Source: an uncultured Bacteroidales bacterium (GTDB lineage Bacteria; Bacteroidota; Bacteroidia; Bacteroidales; ML635J-15). Taken from it: a stretch of 64,000 nt of DNA. Positions 10,074 to 20,553 of the stretch are shown piece after piece (position 1 is the first letter of the stretch; each line of letters starts with the position of its first letter). A program made the translations under genes and the position numbers. The stretch spans positions 635 to 64,634 of the forward strand of contig CALJNE010000008.1 of NCBI GenBank assembly GCA_937982115.1, written 5' to 3'. The notes under the pieces were generated by a model. The model had not been told where the DNA came from and did not search any database. It was given only the letters and a program-made list of their open reading frames with translations.

Positions 10074-10430
10074 ATGACAGAACATCTTACAAAAGAAACT
10101 TTTTTAGAAAAGATTTTCGATTACGAAAAAGAAACAGAATGGAAGTACAAAGGCAGTAAACCGGCTGTAATTGATTTTTATGCAGACTGGTGTGCTCCCT
10201 GCCGTATGGTAGCTCCTGTGATTGAAGAGTTAAACAAGGAATACGGCGACAAAATTGATTTTTATAAAATTGATACCGAAGCTGAACAGGAATTGTCAGC
10301 TGTGTTTGGAATTAGAAGTATTCCATCTCTATTGTTCATTCCTGTTGAAGGTCAACCTCAAATGGCAATGGGCGTAATGCCCAAAGACGGCTTTAAACAC
10401 GCCTTTGAAGATATCTTCGGAATAAAATAG
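10074..10430 (+). CDS. trxA: Thioredoxin
   Basis: VIDFYADWCAPCRM...FGIRSIPSLLF. Confidence 0.95.
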   Translation: MTEHLTKETFLEKIFDYEKETEWKYKGSKPAVIDFYADWCAPCRMVAPVIEELNKEYGDKIDFYKIDTEAEQELSAVFGIRSIPSLLFIPVEGQPQMAMGVMPKDGFKHAFEDIFGIK

Positions 10431-10455
10431 CTTTTGTTTTAGTGGTTTGGTTTTC

Positions 10456-10500
10456 CGGTATAACCTGTTAGTGCTCAATAGGTTATACCGGTTTTTTTTT
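10456..10500 (+). terminator. trxA intrinsic terminator
   Basis: CCGGTATAACCT...AGGTTATACCGG 12-bp stem followed by a T9 run. Confidence 0.9.
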
Positions 10501-10659
10501 ACATAATCCGTAAACTTTCAAAATGTGATTTATTGCAATTTAAATCTTATTTTATTAATTAACTGATTGTAAAAAATCAATGAGAAATTTAAATTAAATT
10601 TTTATTGACCACAAAATTGATTTTAATTTTTTTTGATTTTTTTTCTTATCCAGTTTTAA

Positions 10660-10795
10660 GCAACAGAAATGTAATAAACTAATGTTTGGAGTTTTCATAT
10701 ACGTTGGTTGATCGCAGCCGAAACCACAGTATATGTTTGCCTTCAGGTAAATTTTTATATGTTGTTGAAATACAGTGCTTTTAACAGCAAAGATA
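10660..10795. ncRNA. Candidate orphan small RNA (long hairpin) with an adjacent leftward promoter box
   Basis: Core hairpin CATATAC/GTATATG, TGGTT/AACCA, TCG/CGA (10696-10735). Minus-strand TATCTTTG at 10788-10795 has no plausible gene downstream. Confidence 0.35.
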
Positions 10796-10871
10796 CGCAA
10801 AGTACCCCCGAGAAAACTTAATCATGTTTTTGTGTTAATTTTTTATATCATGGAAGTTTCATAATTAATGG

Positions 10872-13800
10872 TTATTTCACTACGAACTTATTGCTGTAAT
10901 TTTGATTCCTTGTTCTAACCTCAATTAAATAAAGTCCGGGAGCAAAATTATTTATATCTATTTTTAGCTTATTTGTATTAGCAGTTTCGTTATATATTTT
11001 TCTCCCTGTAATATCATAAATTTCAATTTTTACTATTCTGTCATCGCTGCTGATGTTTAAGAAATCACTTGCAGGATTTGGCCAGCATAAAATATTGTTT
11101 GATGATAAATTATTTGAGTTAATGTTAGGTTCTTCAACAATAAGGCTGATTGGAATGCTTCTGTTTTCGATGTTTGAGAATATTTTTAGCAAGCAGTTAT
11201 ATTCTCCTGGCAGCATGTCTGTTGTGTTAAATTCCAGAAGAATTTCGTTTTCGATACCGATTCCGAGTGATCCTCCAGTATTAGGTGTATATACCCAATT
11301 TATGTGTCGTCCGAAATTGGTTATTTCGATAGTATCTAAAACTGTATGAGGTTCAGCTCCATAGATTTCTCCTTGTAAAACATAAGGAATTCTAAGATTA
11401 CCCTCAAAATCAGGAGATATGCTTCCATAAACATTAAAATATGCAGTTTCGTTAACGTGAATAAGTCCCCAACCGGAGTTGTCTTGACCAAACCAGACAA
11501 ATTCTCCGCCATTACCGGGAATTCCGCTAATTAAATACAAAGTGTCGTTGGATTGGTCGAACATGTGTGTTATTGAATCAATTATTATTCCTTCAGGAAA
11601 ACTAACTCTTACTTCTTTAATCCATTCATTATCGGGAGAAAGATTTTTTGCAGTAAATTTCCAGGCGAATTGGTCTCCTGCAAAAAACGAATTTGCATTT
11701 GTCCACATGTAGGATCCTGAAATATTTCTTTGATTACGTAGCCAGGGCACATCTTCGAGTATTTGGAGAGTATAATTTATAATCCCTCCTCCCATATTCG
11801 AAATAGTTATAATTTCTTGTTCTATGTTATTCGGAGCCATGACTTTATTTATATCTTCGGGAATTACTGTAAGCAATGGGGCAGGATCATAAATTGGAGG
11901 AAATTCGATGTCGTCAATCCAGACTCTGTCAAGAAATGAATTAACAGATCCGTCTTTTTTATACACCCACTTGAAGGTTCGTATTCCCGGCTGAACGGGA
12001 TATGTAAATTTTTGCCATATTGTTTGTCCATCCCAACGAGCTTTTTCTTGTCCGTCAATATAAAATGCAAGATAATCATAGTTATTGTTGGCATCGTCTT
12101 CGCAGGATGTTTTTCTGTAAAAACTTATGCTTCCCGGCGACATGACCTGTACTTGAATCATAATTTCGGAAGTTTGATTATGTGTTATTGGTCCTGACCT
12201 TAAAGAATAAATCCCCGACCACGCTGTGTCAGTTGTAAATTGCCATGGAAGATCACCGCCGTGCACCCAGTTGAAGTTGTCGAAACTTGCTGATTCCCAG
12301 TCTTCAATAATTTGACCAATGCTTATATGTCCGGTAATAGTTTTGGAATATCCGTTATTACCTGTTAAATAAAATGTCATTGTAGCAACATGACCCGGCG
12401 GGCATAAATCAGATGCCGTGATATTGAAAACTGATTGTATTGTTTGGTTTGCGATTATGTTTCCGGCTGAAAATGTATTTTGATTTATTGTAAGAAATGG
12501 ATTATTTGTATTTACTGTAATGTTAAGATTTTCGATGCCGGAGCCTCCGTTATTTACAAAGTAAAAACTCACGTCACTTGTTTCTCCAATATCAAGACGT
12601 AAATTGTCATTGTCATCAACCACATAATGACTTAGTATTAAGTTTGCGGTATAAACAGGATATTGAAGGTCAATTTCCCAGCTTCCCTGGTCTGATAGTG
12701 CAGTTAGGTGGAATGTTAGAATTTGTCCATTTGTGAAATTGTAATTCAAATTAAACACAAAAGCTGAATTAACGGCAATTTCCTGCAAAGGATTTAATTG
12801 ACCGATTTGTTGGGAATTTACAACAAATTGAACATTCGGATTTTGACAGCTTAAATTTATGGAAAGATTAGTAATTGGTTGTTCTGTGGCATTTCTTAAA
12901 TTAACATTTATGGTGCCTGTTTCGCCCCATTCCAGAAAGTTATTGTTTGGAGTTGTTAATTGGGTGGAGATTATCAATCCTTCGGTGGAGATTGGGATAG
13001 TCTTTTTATTTACTATTCCTTTTGCGTCGGTAACTTTAAAATTTAATGGGTATGCTAAAATTTCCTGATCAGGAACTCCTGTAAGCAGCCCACTTGGACT
13101 TAAGTTAAAATATTCGGGAGTAAATTTAGGCTCGAAACTATAACCGATATTTGAAAGCGGGTAGTAAGTGCCGCTGACAGGACTTAGAAAATAGCCATGC
13201 AGGTCGCCGTTTGAAACTCCGGATGACCAAACAAGATTATTTACCGGTGTACAGTTATTATAATATATTGAAATTTTTCCGTTACTTTCAAGTTTTACAG
13301 AAACATCAATATTTGTTCCTACCCAACGAACAATATAATAATCGCTTCCTTGCAGAAAATACTTTGTACAAGATTGAGTGGAATAAAAGGCTGCGATGGA
13401 TCTTCGGTTAGCAAATCTTGTTTGATAATTACTTAAAGCAATATTACTATTCATATAGGGGAGATTATAAGATTCTCCCGAAAAATCAATTAAGCCATAA
13501 TTTGTAATCCAGCATGAAGTGTATTTTCTGTCAAAAAACGGAAATTCAAAAGGCAAAGTAATTTGTGTGGCAGAAAGAGTATTGGTAGCTAAGGGTATTG
13601 GAGTTTCAGCAGTTGAAATTTTGTAATCAGTATCAAATTCCCATAAATATGGTGGAGTGCCTCCTGCAGCTTCCATCTGATAGTTGTAGTTATGATAAAC
13701 ATTAGCATTAGGAAGAGAATTTGTAGTTATCTGGGGTTTTTGAAAATTTAGAGTATGGTTTACATAAACTGTTGTAACTCCATTTTGAATTATTGGGACA

Positions 13801-15149
13801 TTAGTTTGCGAGCTTTGAACTTCAGTGGGCATTGTTCCGGTATAATCTAAAACCGAAAAACTGATAATATTTCCATCACCCCAGCCCTCTGGATCGTTTT
13901 CGTATATGCTGAAAAAGAATCTTGCTTCTTGTCCGGGATTTAGAAAATTAACAAATTCGGTAAGGTCGAGACCAAACTCAAGGTAGCAGAAATTTTCTTC
14001 GTTTTCGCCCTGCAATCCCCAATCATTGCCTTGATAGTCAATTATGGGATAAAACATTGTATATTCAGGTTGTGTGGCAGCAGGATTTGCACTCATACCT
14101 GCCATAATTTTTATTCTTTTTCGTTTAGTGTAATAAAGATTAACTTTTGCTGTTAGGGTAGGAGAGTATTCTTTTACCGGAATAAGAACGTTAACTGTAT
14201 GATTCCATATTCCTCCTTCGTTTGAGGCTAGGGCAAGGGTGCGATACATCATCCATCCGTTATAAGCACCTCCGAATGTATTGCACATTTTAAAACCTCC
14301 GATTTCCCAATCGCTAACATCAATTATTCCATCATTATTTAAATCAATATGATTTGTGTAAATACCATCATCATTGTAGTCCCATCGAATAGAATCATTA
14401 TATCCTGTAATGGTCATAGCATGATTTGGATTGCTTCCCCATAGTGTTATCACTTTTTCGCCTTCATGTTCAGTACCGGGCGGTAAAACTGTTGTAGGAT
14501 TCTGATGTTGAGAATAAAAGATAGCAATACCTCCGTCGGGGCTGCCGTCGAGATGGTCATTAAGCCAGTGTTTTAAGGTTAATATTCCTTCTTCGGTAGA
14601 GCAGTTTATGGCATAGGCTTTAAAAAGACGGTTTTGCATTGCAATATAATAATTGTCGTAGCCTGTCATCCATCGTTTTGGACCACCATAGGCATGAGTG
14701 CCTCCATAAGTTTGCATATCAGGTGTGCCGACTTTTTTTAGTAATACAAAAGTGTGATAATAACTTGCTCCATAATATCCGTCACCTCCGTTTTCCCAGT
14801 TCCATGCAAAATGTGTAGGGTATTTGTTTTGAACCAAACTACCGTTTCTATTTCGCAATCTGTTCATTTCGTACGTAAAAGCATTCCCTACACAAGCTGC
14901 CTGCCCGCATGAAAGCCCGTCTTGATTAAAAAGCCCACTGTAATATGGTAAAACAGTATTATCAACAGCATAAGGCAGAGATTTATTTTTATATGAAGGA
15001 GGTAATTTTAATTCAGGTAAACTCATTAATTCGATTTGCTCCTTTTCACTAAGAGGTTGTATAATTTGGAGCGGTGCTTCCACAACATTTTGAGCCTGAA
15101 TACTATAAATACAAAAAAACAAAATCGCAATCCCCAAAAACTTTTTCAT
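10872..15149 (-). CDS. T9SS-secreted papain-fold (C1-like) cysteine protease with multiple accessory beta domains
   Basis: Signal peptide; LPYAVD; NQDGLSC (Cys81); NHAMTITGY (His243); CNTFG (Asn290); Ig-like and other beta modules; C-terminal WPNP...GLY type A CTD. Confidence 0.8.
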   Translation of the reverse strand: MKKFLGIAILFFCIYSIQAQNVVEAPLQIIQPLSEKEQIELMSLPELKLPPSYKNKSLPYAVDNTVLPYYSGLFNQDGLSCGQAACVGNAFTYEMNRLRNRNGSLVQNKYPTHFAWNWENGGDGYYGASYYHTFVLLKKVGTPDMQTYGGTHAYGGPKRWMTGYDNYYIAMQNRLFKAYAINCSTEEGILTLKHWLNDHLDGSPDGGIAIFYSQHQNPTTVLPPGTEHEGEKVITLWGSNPNHAMTITGYNDSIRWDYNDDGIYTNHIDLNNDGIIDVSDWEIGGFKMCNTFGGAYNGWMMYRTLALASNEGGIWNHTVNVLIPVKEYSPTLTAKVNLYYTKRKRIKIMAGMSANPAATQPEYTMFYPIIDYQGNDWGLQGENEENFCYLEFGLDLTEFVNFLNPGQEARFFFSIYENDPEGWGDGNIISFSVLDYTGTMPTEVQSSQTNVPIIQNGVTTVYVNHTLNFQKPQITTNSLPNANVYHNYNYQMEAAGGTPPYLWEFDTDYKISTAETPIPLATNTLSATQITLPFEFPFFDRKYTSCWITNYGLIDFSGESYNLPYMNSNIALSNYQTRFANRRSIAAFYSTQSCTKYFLQGSDYYIVRWVGTNIDVSVKLESNGKISIYYNNCTPVNNLVWSSGVSNGDLHGYFLSPVSGTYYPLSNIGYSFEPKFTPEYFNLSPSGLLTGVPDQEILAYPLNFKVTDAKGIVNKKTIPISTEGLIISTQLTTPNNNFLEWGETGTINVNLRNATEQPITNLSINLSCQNPNVQFVVNSQQIGQLNPLQEIAVNSAFVFNLNYNFTNGQILTFHLTALSDQGSWEIDLQYPVYTANLILSHYVVDDNDNLRLDIGETSDVSFYFVNNGGSGIENLNITVNTNNPFLTINQNTFSAGNIIANQTIQSVFNITASDLCPPGHVATMTFYLTGNNGYSKTITGHISIGQIIEDWESASFDNFNWVHGGDLPWQFTTDTAWSGIYSLRSGPITHNQTSEIMIQVQVMSPGSISFYRKTSCEDDANNNYDYLAFYIDGQEKARWDGQTIWQKFTYPVQPGIRTFKWVYKKDGSVNSFLDRVWIDDIEFPPIYDPAPLLTVIPEDINKVMAPNNIEQEIITISNMGGGIINYTLQILEDVPWLRNQRNISGSYMWTNANSFFAGDQFAWKFTAKNLSPDNEWIKEVRVSFPEGIIIDSITHMFDQSNDTLYLISGIPGNGGEFVWFGQDNSGWGLIHVNETAYFNVYGSISPDFEGNLRIPYVLQGEIYGAEPHTVLDTIEITNFGRHINWVYTPNTGGSLGIGIENEILLEFNTTDMLPGEYNCLLKIFSNIENRSIPISLIVEEPNINSNNLSSNNILCWPNPASDFLNISSDDRIVKIEIYDITGRKIYNETANTNKLKIDINNFAPGLYLIEVRTRNQNYSNKFVVK

Positions 15150-15152
15150 GAA

Positions 15153-17654
15153 TTAAATCTTAATAAAATTGAATAATATAGTATCTTCTTTGTTTTCAAT
15201 CTTTAATATATACTTTCCTGCCGGTAAATCGGAAATATTTATCATACTGGAAACGTAGCTAATACGTCCGGACTTTATGGGAGTTGAATTCAAATTATAA
15301 ATTATATAATCATAATCGAAATGAAAATTCTGATCAGCATTTTTGATGCTTATAAAGTCTTTTGCCGGATTTGGAAAAATGCCAAACTTGTTATTAACAG
15401 TGTTTTGTATTCCTGTATACAGATAAAAAGTGCGAACGTCGCTAATGTTGTTTGCATCAGTAATCTTTACAGAAATAGGGTATCCGTAATAGTCCATCAT
15501 ATTGCCATAAATTACTCCGTCTTGATTTATATTTATGGTTGCAGGTTTAGGGTATGGAGTAATTGTAAATTTAGTTCCATTAGGAGGTATGTCGTTTAAA
15601 AAGCAGAGGATGTGATTATTTTTGTAACCAAATGAAACTCCTCCCAGGTCGGGATATTTCCTTTTAAGAGATTGCGGACCGTAATGAAATTCTATTTTCC
15701 CATCGTTGTAAAGTGTTGCCATAAATTCTGCACTTGTCCATTGTTCAGCCCAAAGTTCAGAAACTTTCCATCTTATTTTAACATTATTGGAATTGTTTTG
15801 ATACCATATTCCTTGTTCTTTTGAATGATCGCATACAAAATTACATCTGAAAAAAGGAGCAATCATCATCTCGTTGATGAACATTGGGTAAACCAAATGA
15901 AAAAACTGCGTCCAGTGTGTTGTGTTATGGTTTGGAAGAATAATCCCATTAGTATGTACTTTAATTTTATTTGTGTAATAATTATTTATTGGAAAATCAA
16001 AATTCAAATTTAAGCTCAATTCTCCGTCAAAATACTCATTTGGGGTAAGCTTGGTTCCGGTGAAACTCTGATATTCCTGAGTTTGTTTGTCAATTTCGTA
16101 ATAAGTAATTAATTCCCATTTATATGGAGGTGTTCCACCTTGAGCCTGAAGCGGAAACCAGATTTGCTGGTTTATATCATGTGTAGGAATCGAAGTCGAG
16201 AGTATTTTTGGCGAATTTACTTCTATTACTTCGATTTTCATTGTAAATGTGGTTTTAGCATTGTTTACAAAATTTACCGGCAATTGCTGATAAACTTTTT
16301 CGACAGGAATATTTCCTGTATAATCAATTAAAGAAAAGTTTTCAATTTTTCCACTAAAGGAATTATTTGGGTCAAATTCATAAAATGTAATGAAAAACTT
16401 TGCGGATTTTTGAGAATTAAAATACTGTAAATACTCTGTGAGATCTAATCCGAATTCTATGGTTTTGTCTTGTTCGGATGTTCCACCTTGCATAAATTTG
16501 TTTCCACCTTGAAAATTAAAAATCGGAAAATCGCTGATGTATTCCGGTTCGTTTGCAGTTGTGTCTGAACTAATACCAATCATTATTTTAACGGCTTCAC
16601 GAGATGGATGGCTTATTTTTACTTTGGCAGTGAGCAAAGGTTTGTATCCGATATTTGGTTCAATTATATGCACACTGTTATTTAAAATTCCACCGGAACC
16701 ATAAGCATCAGCAAAAGTTTTATACATTATCCATCCGCAACCGTTTCCCTGCCAGGTTGGTCCATTGCTTTCGGCAAATTTGAAAGCTCCTTTTTCCCAG
16801 TCACGAATATCCACAATCCCGTCGCCGTTTATGTCAATGTTATTTGTGAATTGTCCGTCTCCATTATAATCAAAACAAATATTATCATCATAACCTACCA
16901 GCGTACGAGCATGTAAAGCATCATTACCACATTTAGTAATAACATATTCTCCTGCATGTGGAGTTCCTTGCGGAAAATGAGCATCGCCGTTTTGAGCAAT
17001 ATTTGCCATAAATGTTGCTAATCCTCCCATATCAGAAGATCCGCTATGGTTATAAATCCATGATTTTAAAGTAATGATTCCTGCTTCGGTATTTGTTTTG
17101 ATGAGATAATAATCTTTAATTCGATTGTGCATAGCTTCGTAATAAAGGTCATATCCGCTTGCCCACATAGAACTGTCCCTTACAACATCTGCAGGTGACC
17201 TGTGGAGAAGAAGCACTCCGAATTTTTTCATCATTTCCATTGTTAAAATATAGTGCCCGCCATACCAACCACTTCCGCCGTTATTGAAATTCCATGGAAA
17301 ATAAACAGAAAAAACATTGTTCGGATTTTGAGAACTTATTCCTTTGGCTAAATTTGTTTCATAAGTCATCATATAATATGAAGCCGAAACCTGATTGCAA
17401 ACCCAATGCGTTTGCTGGTAAATCGGAGGAAAATATATCGAGCTTGTTAAATCAACACTTGAAGGCAAGTTTTTTCGGTAAAATTCCAAAGCTTCTTCAG
17501 AAAGCTCGTAATAATCTCCTTTTTTTTCCAGCATTGAGTTTGAAATACTGCTCTGGGAAAAAGAATGGCTTGTAAAACAATTTAAACTTATAAAAGTTAT
17601 TCCTATGAATAATATTTTTTTTGCTTTAATTTGCATGAATATAATTTTATGCAA
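15153..17654 (-). CDS. T9SS-secreted papain-fold cysteine protease paralog (shorter; start may be MQIKAKK at 17636)
   Basis: LPSSVD; QQTHWVC (Cys86); LHARTLVGY (His248); FAESNG (Glu295); FPNP...GKY CTD. Collinear with the N-terminal half of the neighbouring 1425-aa protein. Confidence 0.78.
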   Translation of the reverse strand: MHKIIFMQIKAKKILFIGITFISLNCFTSHSFSQSSISNSMLEKKGDYYELSEEALEFYRKNLPSSVDLTSSIYFPPIYQQTHWVCNQVSASYYMMTYETNLAKGISSQNPNNVFSVYFPWNFNNGGSGWYGGHYILTMEMMKKFGVLLLHRSPADVVRDSSMWASGYDLYYEAMHNRIKDYYLIKTNTEAGIITLKSWIYNHSGSSDMGGLATFMANIAQNGDAHFPQGTPHAGEYVITKCGNDALHARTLVGYDDNICFDYNGDGQFTNNIDINGDGIVDIRDWEKGAFKFAESNGPTWQGNGCGWIMYKTFADAYGSGGILNNSVHIIEPNIGYKPLLTAKVKISHPSREAVKIMIGISSDTTANEPEYISDFPIFNFQGGNKFMQGGTSEQDKTIEFGLDLTEYLQYFNSQKSAKFFITFYEFDPNNSFSGKIENFSLIDYTGNIPVEKVYQQLPVNFVNNAKTTFTMKIEVIEVNSPKILSTSIPTHDINQQIWFPLQAQGGTPPYKWELITYYEIDKQTQEYQSFTGTKLTPNEYFDGELSLNLNFDFPINNYYTNKIKVHTNGIILPNHNTTHWTQFFHLVYPMFINEMMIAPFFRCNFVCDHSKEQGIWYQNNSNNVKIRWKVSELWAEQWTSAEFMATLYNDGKIEFHYGPQSLKRKYPDLGGVSFGYKNNHILCFLNDIPPNGTKFTITPYPKPATININQDGVIYGNMMDYYGYPISVKITDANNISDVRTFYLYTGIQNTVNNKFGIFPNPAKDFISIKNADQNFHFDYDYIIYNLNSTPIKSGRISYVSSMINISDLPAGKYILKIENKEDTILFNFIKI

Positions 17655-17714
17655 AATAATGAATAAATATTTTAATAAAGTTTTGTTGGTGTTATTTTAT
17701 ACTAATCAATAAAA

Positions 17715-19751
17715 ATGGATTATAAACTTATTTCAGAATACAGACCAACCGGCGATCAGCCCGAAGCAATTAAAGAACTTACTGAGGGAATCCTGAAAGG
17801 GCTGAAGCATCAAACATTGCTTGGTGTTACAGGTAGCGGTAAAACTTTTACTATAGCGAATGTTATTGCCAATGTCAATCGTCCGGTTCTGGTAATGTCG
17901 CACAATAAGACTTTAGCTGCACAATTGTATTCTGAATTTAAGGAATTTTTTCCCGAAAATGCTGTGGAATATTTTGTTTCGTATTACGATTATTATCAAC
18001 CGGAGGCTTATTTACCGGTAACGGATACTTATATTGAGAAAGATTTGTCAATAAATGATGAAATTGAAAAACTCAGGCTTAGTGCCACATCGGCGTTGCT
18101 TTCGGGACGGAGAGATGTTATTGTGGTAAGTTCTGTTTCTTGTATTTACGGCATTGGTAATCCGGAAGATTTTCATAATAGTACCATAGTTTTGAGTCGC
18201 GGACAAAAAATTGAACGTGATGCCTTCCTTAGAATGCTGGTTGACGCTCTGTATTTTCGATCCGACATTGACTTTAAACGTGGCAGTTTTAGAGTAAAAG
18301 GCGATACGGTAGATGTTTTTCTTGCTTATCATGATATAGCCATTCGTATTGTTTTCTGGGATGACGAAATTGATGAAATATATTCTTTTTATCCTTTCAC
18401 AGGAGAAAAAATCGAAAATCTTGACATTGCCAAAATTTATCCCGCAAATATTTTTGTAACCTCAAAAGAAAGAATAAAACAGGCTATTATTAACATTCAG
18501 GATGATCTTGAAAAACAAGTAACATTTTTGCAATCTCAAGGGAAATATCTCGAAGCAAAACGCTTGAGGGAAAGAACATTGTTTGATATTGAAATGATTA
18601 AAGAAATTGGGCATTGCAGCGGCATCGAAAATTATTCCCGCTATTTCGACGGTAGAAAGCCCGGTACTCGTCCTTTCTGTTTGATTGATTATTTTCCCGA
18701 AGATTTTATTACCATAATAGATGAAAGTCACGTTACTATACCTCAAATTGGTGGCATGTACGGAGGAGACCGATCCCGAAAAGAGAATCTTGTTAACTAC
18801 GGGTTTAGACTTCCCGCTGCTCTGGATAATCGCCCTCTTAAATTTTATGAGTTCGAAGCACTGATGAACCAGGTGATTTATGTTAGTGCCACACCTGCCG
18901 ATTACGAGCTGAGAATGTCGGGCGGTGTTATTGTTGAACAGGTTATCAGACCTACCGGACTGCTCGATCCGGAAATTGAAGTGAGACCATCACTCAACCA
19001 AATTGACGACCTGATGCACGAAATTGAAATGCGAGTAAAACGCGATGAACGAGTACTTGTTACAACACTCACCAAAAGAATGGCTGAAGAACTTACTAAA
19101 TATCTTGAGAAAAATGGAGTAAGATGCAGATATATTCATTCCGATGTTGAAACTCTGGAACGTGTCCAAATATTGTCTGATTTACGAACCGGAATTTTTG
19201 ATGTTCTTGTGGGAGTAAACCTTTTGCGTGAGGGACTTGATTTGCCAGAAGTTTCTCTTGTTGCCATCATTGATGCCGATAAAGAAGGATTTTTACGTTC
19301 GGAAAGGTCCCTCACTCAAACAGCAGGTAGAGCAGCCCGTAATATAAATGGAAAGGTGATAATGTACGCTGATAAAATTACTGCCTCAATGCAAAAAACA
19401 ATTGACGAAACCAATCGCCGCAGACAAAAGCAATTGAAATATAATCAGGAACATGGCATTATTCCTCGACAAATTGTAAAAGCTCAACGAGACGCCCTAT
19501 CCAAAAAATTGGCTGATTTGAATGCAGAAAGACTACAACCTGAACCGGTGGAATATCAAAATGAAGTTATTTCGGCAGTAGCAGCAGATCCTGTTGTTAA
19601 ATATATGAGCGATAAAGATTTAGAAAAAGCAATTAAAAAAACTAAAAAACAGATGGAAGAGGCAGCGGCAAAATTGGATTTTCTCGAAGCTGCCCGCCTC
19701 AGAGACGAAATGTATGCTCTCCAGAAAATTTTAAAAGCGAAAAGGGGATGA
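17715..19751 (+). CDS. uvrB: Excinuclease ABC subunit B
   Basis: [42 protein letters not shown]-terminal UVR motif. Confidence 0.99.
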   Translation: MDYKLISEYRPTGDQPEAIKELTEGILKGLKHQTLLGVTGSGKTFTIANVIANVNRPVLVMSHNKTLAAQLYSEFKEFFPENAVEYFVSYYDYYQPEAYLPVTDTYIEKDLSINDEIEKLRLSATSALLSGRRDVIVVSSVSCIYGIGNPEDFHNSTIVLSRGQKIERDAFLRMLVDALYFRSDIDFKRGSFRVKGDTVDVFLAYHDIAIRIVFWDDEIDEIYSFYPFTGEKIENLDIAKIYPANIFVTSKERIKQAIINIQDDLEKQVTFLQSQGKYLEAKRLRERTLFDIEMIKEIGHCSGIENYSRYFDGRKPGTRPFCLIDYFPEDFITIIDESHVTIPQIGGMYGGDRSRKENLVNYGFRLPAALDNRPLKFYEFEALMNQVIYVSATPADYELRMSGGVIVEQVIRPTGLLDPEIEVRPSLNQIDDLMHEIEMRVKRDERVLVTTLTKRMAEELTKYLEKNGVRCRYIHSDVETLERVQILSDLRTGIFDVLVGVNLLREGLDLPEVSLVAIIDADKEGFLRSERSLTQTAGRAARNINGKVIMYADKITASMQKTIDETNRRRQKQLKYNQEHGIIPRQIVKAQRDALSKKLADLNAERLQPEPVEYQNEVISAVAADPVVKYMSDKDLEKAIKKTKKQMEEAAAKLDFLEAARLRDEMYALQKILKAKRG

Positions 19752-19764
19752 TATTGTAAAAATT

Positions 19765-20550
19765 TTATCTACCGTAAATATGAATGCTTTGAGAAGCTGT
19801 TGGCAAATACTTTAATCCCAGCCATGTTATCATTAACATCACAAATGATATTATGATTAAAGTTTGCAAAATAGAATATTTTTGAGGGTGTCTATTGTGT
19901 ATATGAATCAACATCAAATAGAATAACCATGTTATCAATGCCCATATTTCCTTAGTATCCCATGCCCAGTAGTCTCCCCAGGCAATTTTGCCCCAAAACG
20001 CTCCAAACAACATTCCAAATGTAAGCAACACGAACCCCGGATAAATTAAAATCATAGCTTGATTGATGTTTTGATTCTTAGTGTTCTTATTTATATTTCC
20101 GCTTATAGCCAGAATAGTTGCAGATCCTAAAATTGCGTACGAAATCATATACACAGATACATGAGGGATAAACCAAATACTTTGCAATGCCGGCATCAAA
20201 TTACGAGATTGATATTCCGGATGTAAAATATCAGAAATTAAAAATGCTGATGCCATTATTAGCCCTAAAATTAAAACCAATTTATTTTTTAAAAATCTGT
20301 ATATAGCAACATTTACAACACTTACCAAAAAAGAATACCATAATCTTGTTTCAGCCATAGACCGCATTGGAGGTCTTTCAATTTCTATCCAATATTGCAC
20401 AATAAACAGCCCTAATATAATTATTCCTGTAATTGCGAAAATGATGGATAAATTTATGAACCAATTTTTATTGAGAAATATCATTATAATTGAAATTACC
20501 CAAAGAGCAATACTTAAACCGGCGAAATATACAAAATACGTCCACATCAC
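19765..20550 (-). CDS. ccsA: Cytochrome c biogenesis protein CcsA (system II heme lyase)
   Basis: PALQS.W..PHV; WWD-type motif WGKIAWGDYWAWDTKE.WALITW; downstream H residue. Confidence 0.9.
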   Translation of the reverse strand: MMWTYFVYFAGLSIALWVISIIMIFLNKNWFINLSIIFAITGIIILGLFIVQYWIEIERPPMRSMAETRLWYSFLVSVVNVAIYRFLKNKLVLILGLIMASAFLISDILHPEYQSRNLMPALQSIWFIPHVSVYMISYAILGSATILAISGNINKNTKNQNINQAMILIYPGFVLLTFGMLFGAFWGKIAWGDYWAWDTKEIWALITWLFYLMLIHIHNRHPQKYSILQTLIIISFVMLMITWLGLKYLPTASQSIHIYGR

Positions 20551-20553
20551 AGA

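Noticed and set aside
10074-10430. Thioredoxin active site WCAPC instead of WCGPC
   Set aside because: A common natural variant.
10685-10745. GGCAAAC-stem resemblance to a c-di-GMP-I riboswitch (minus strand)
   Set aside because: It lacks the GNRA-capped stem and the GACGCAAA segment, and no gene lies downstream.
10594-10800. 68-aa minus-strand ORF in the trxA downstream gap
   Set aside because: Its start overlaps the -7 promoter box, its tail is translated poly-A, and there are no recognisable motifs. The hairpin explains the region better.
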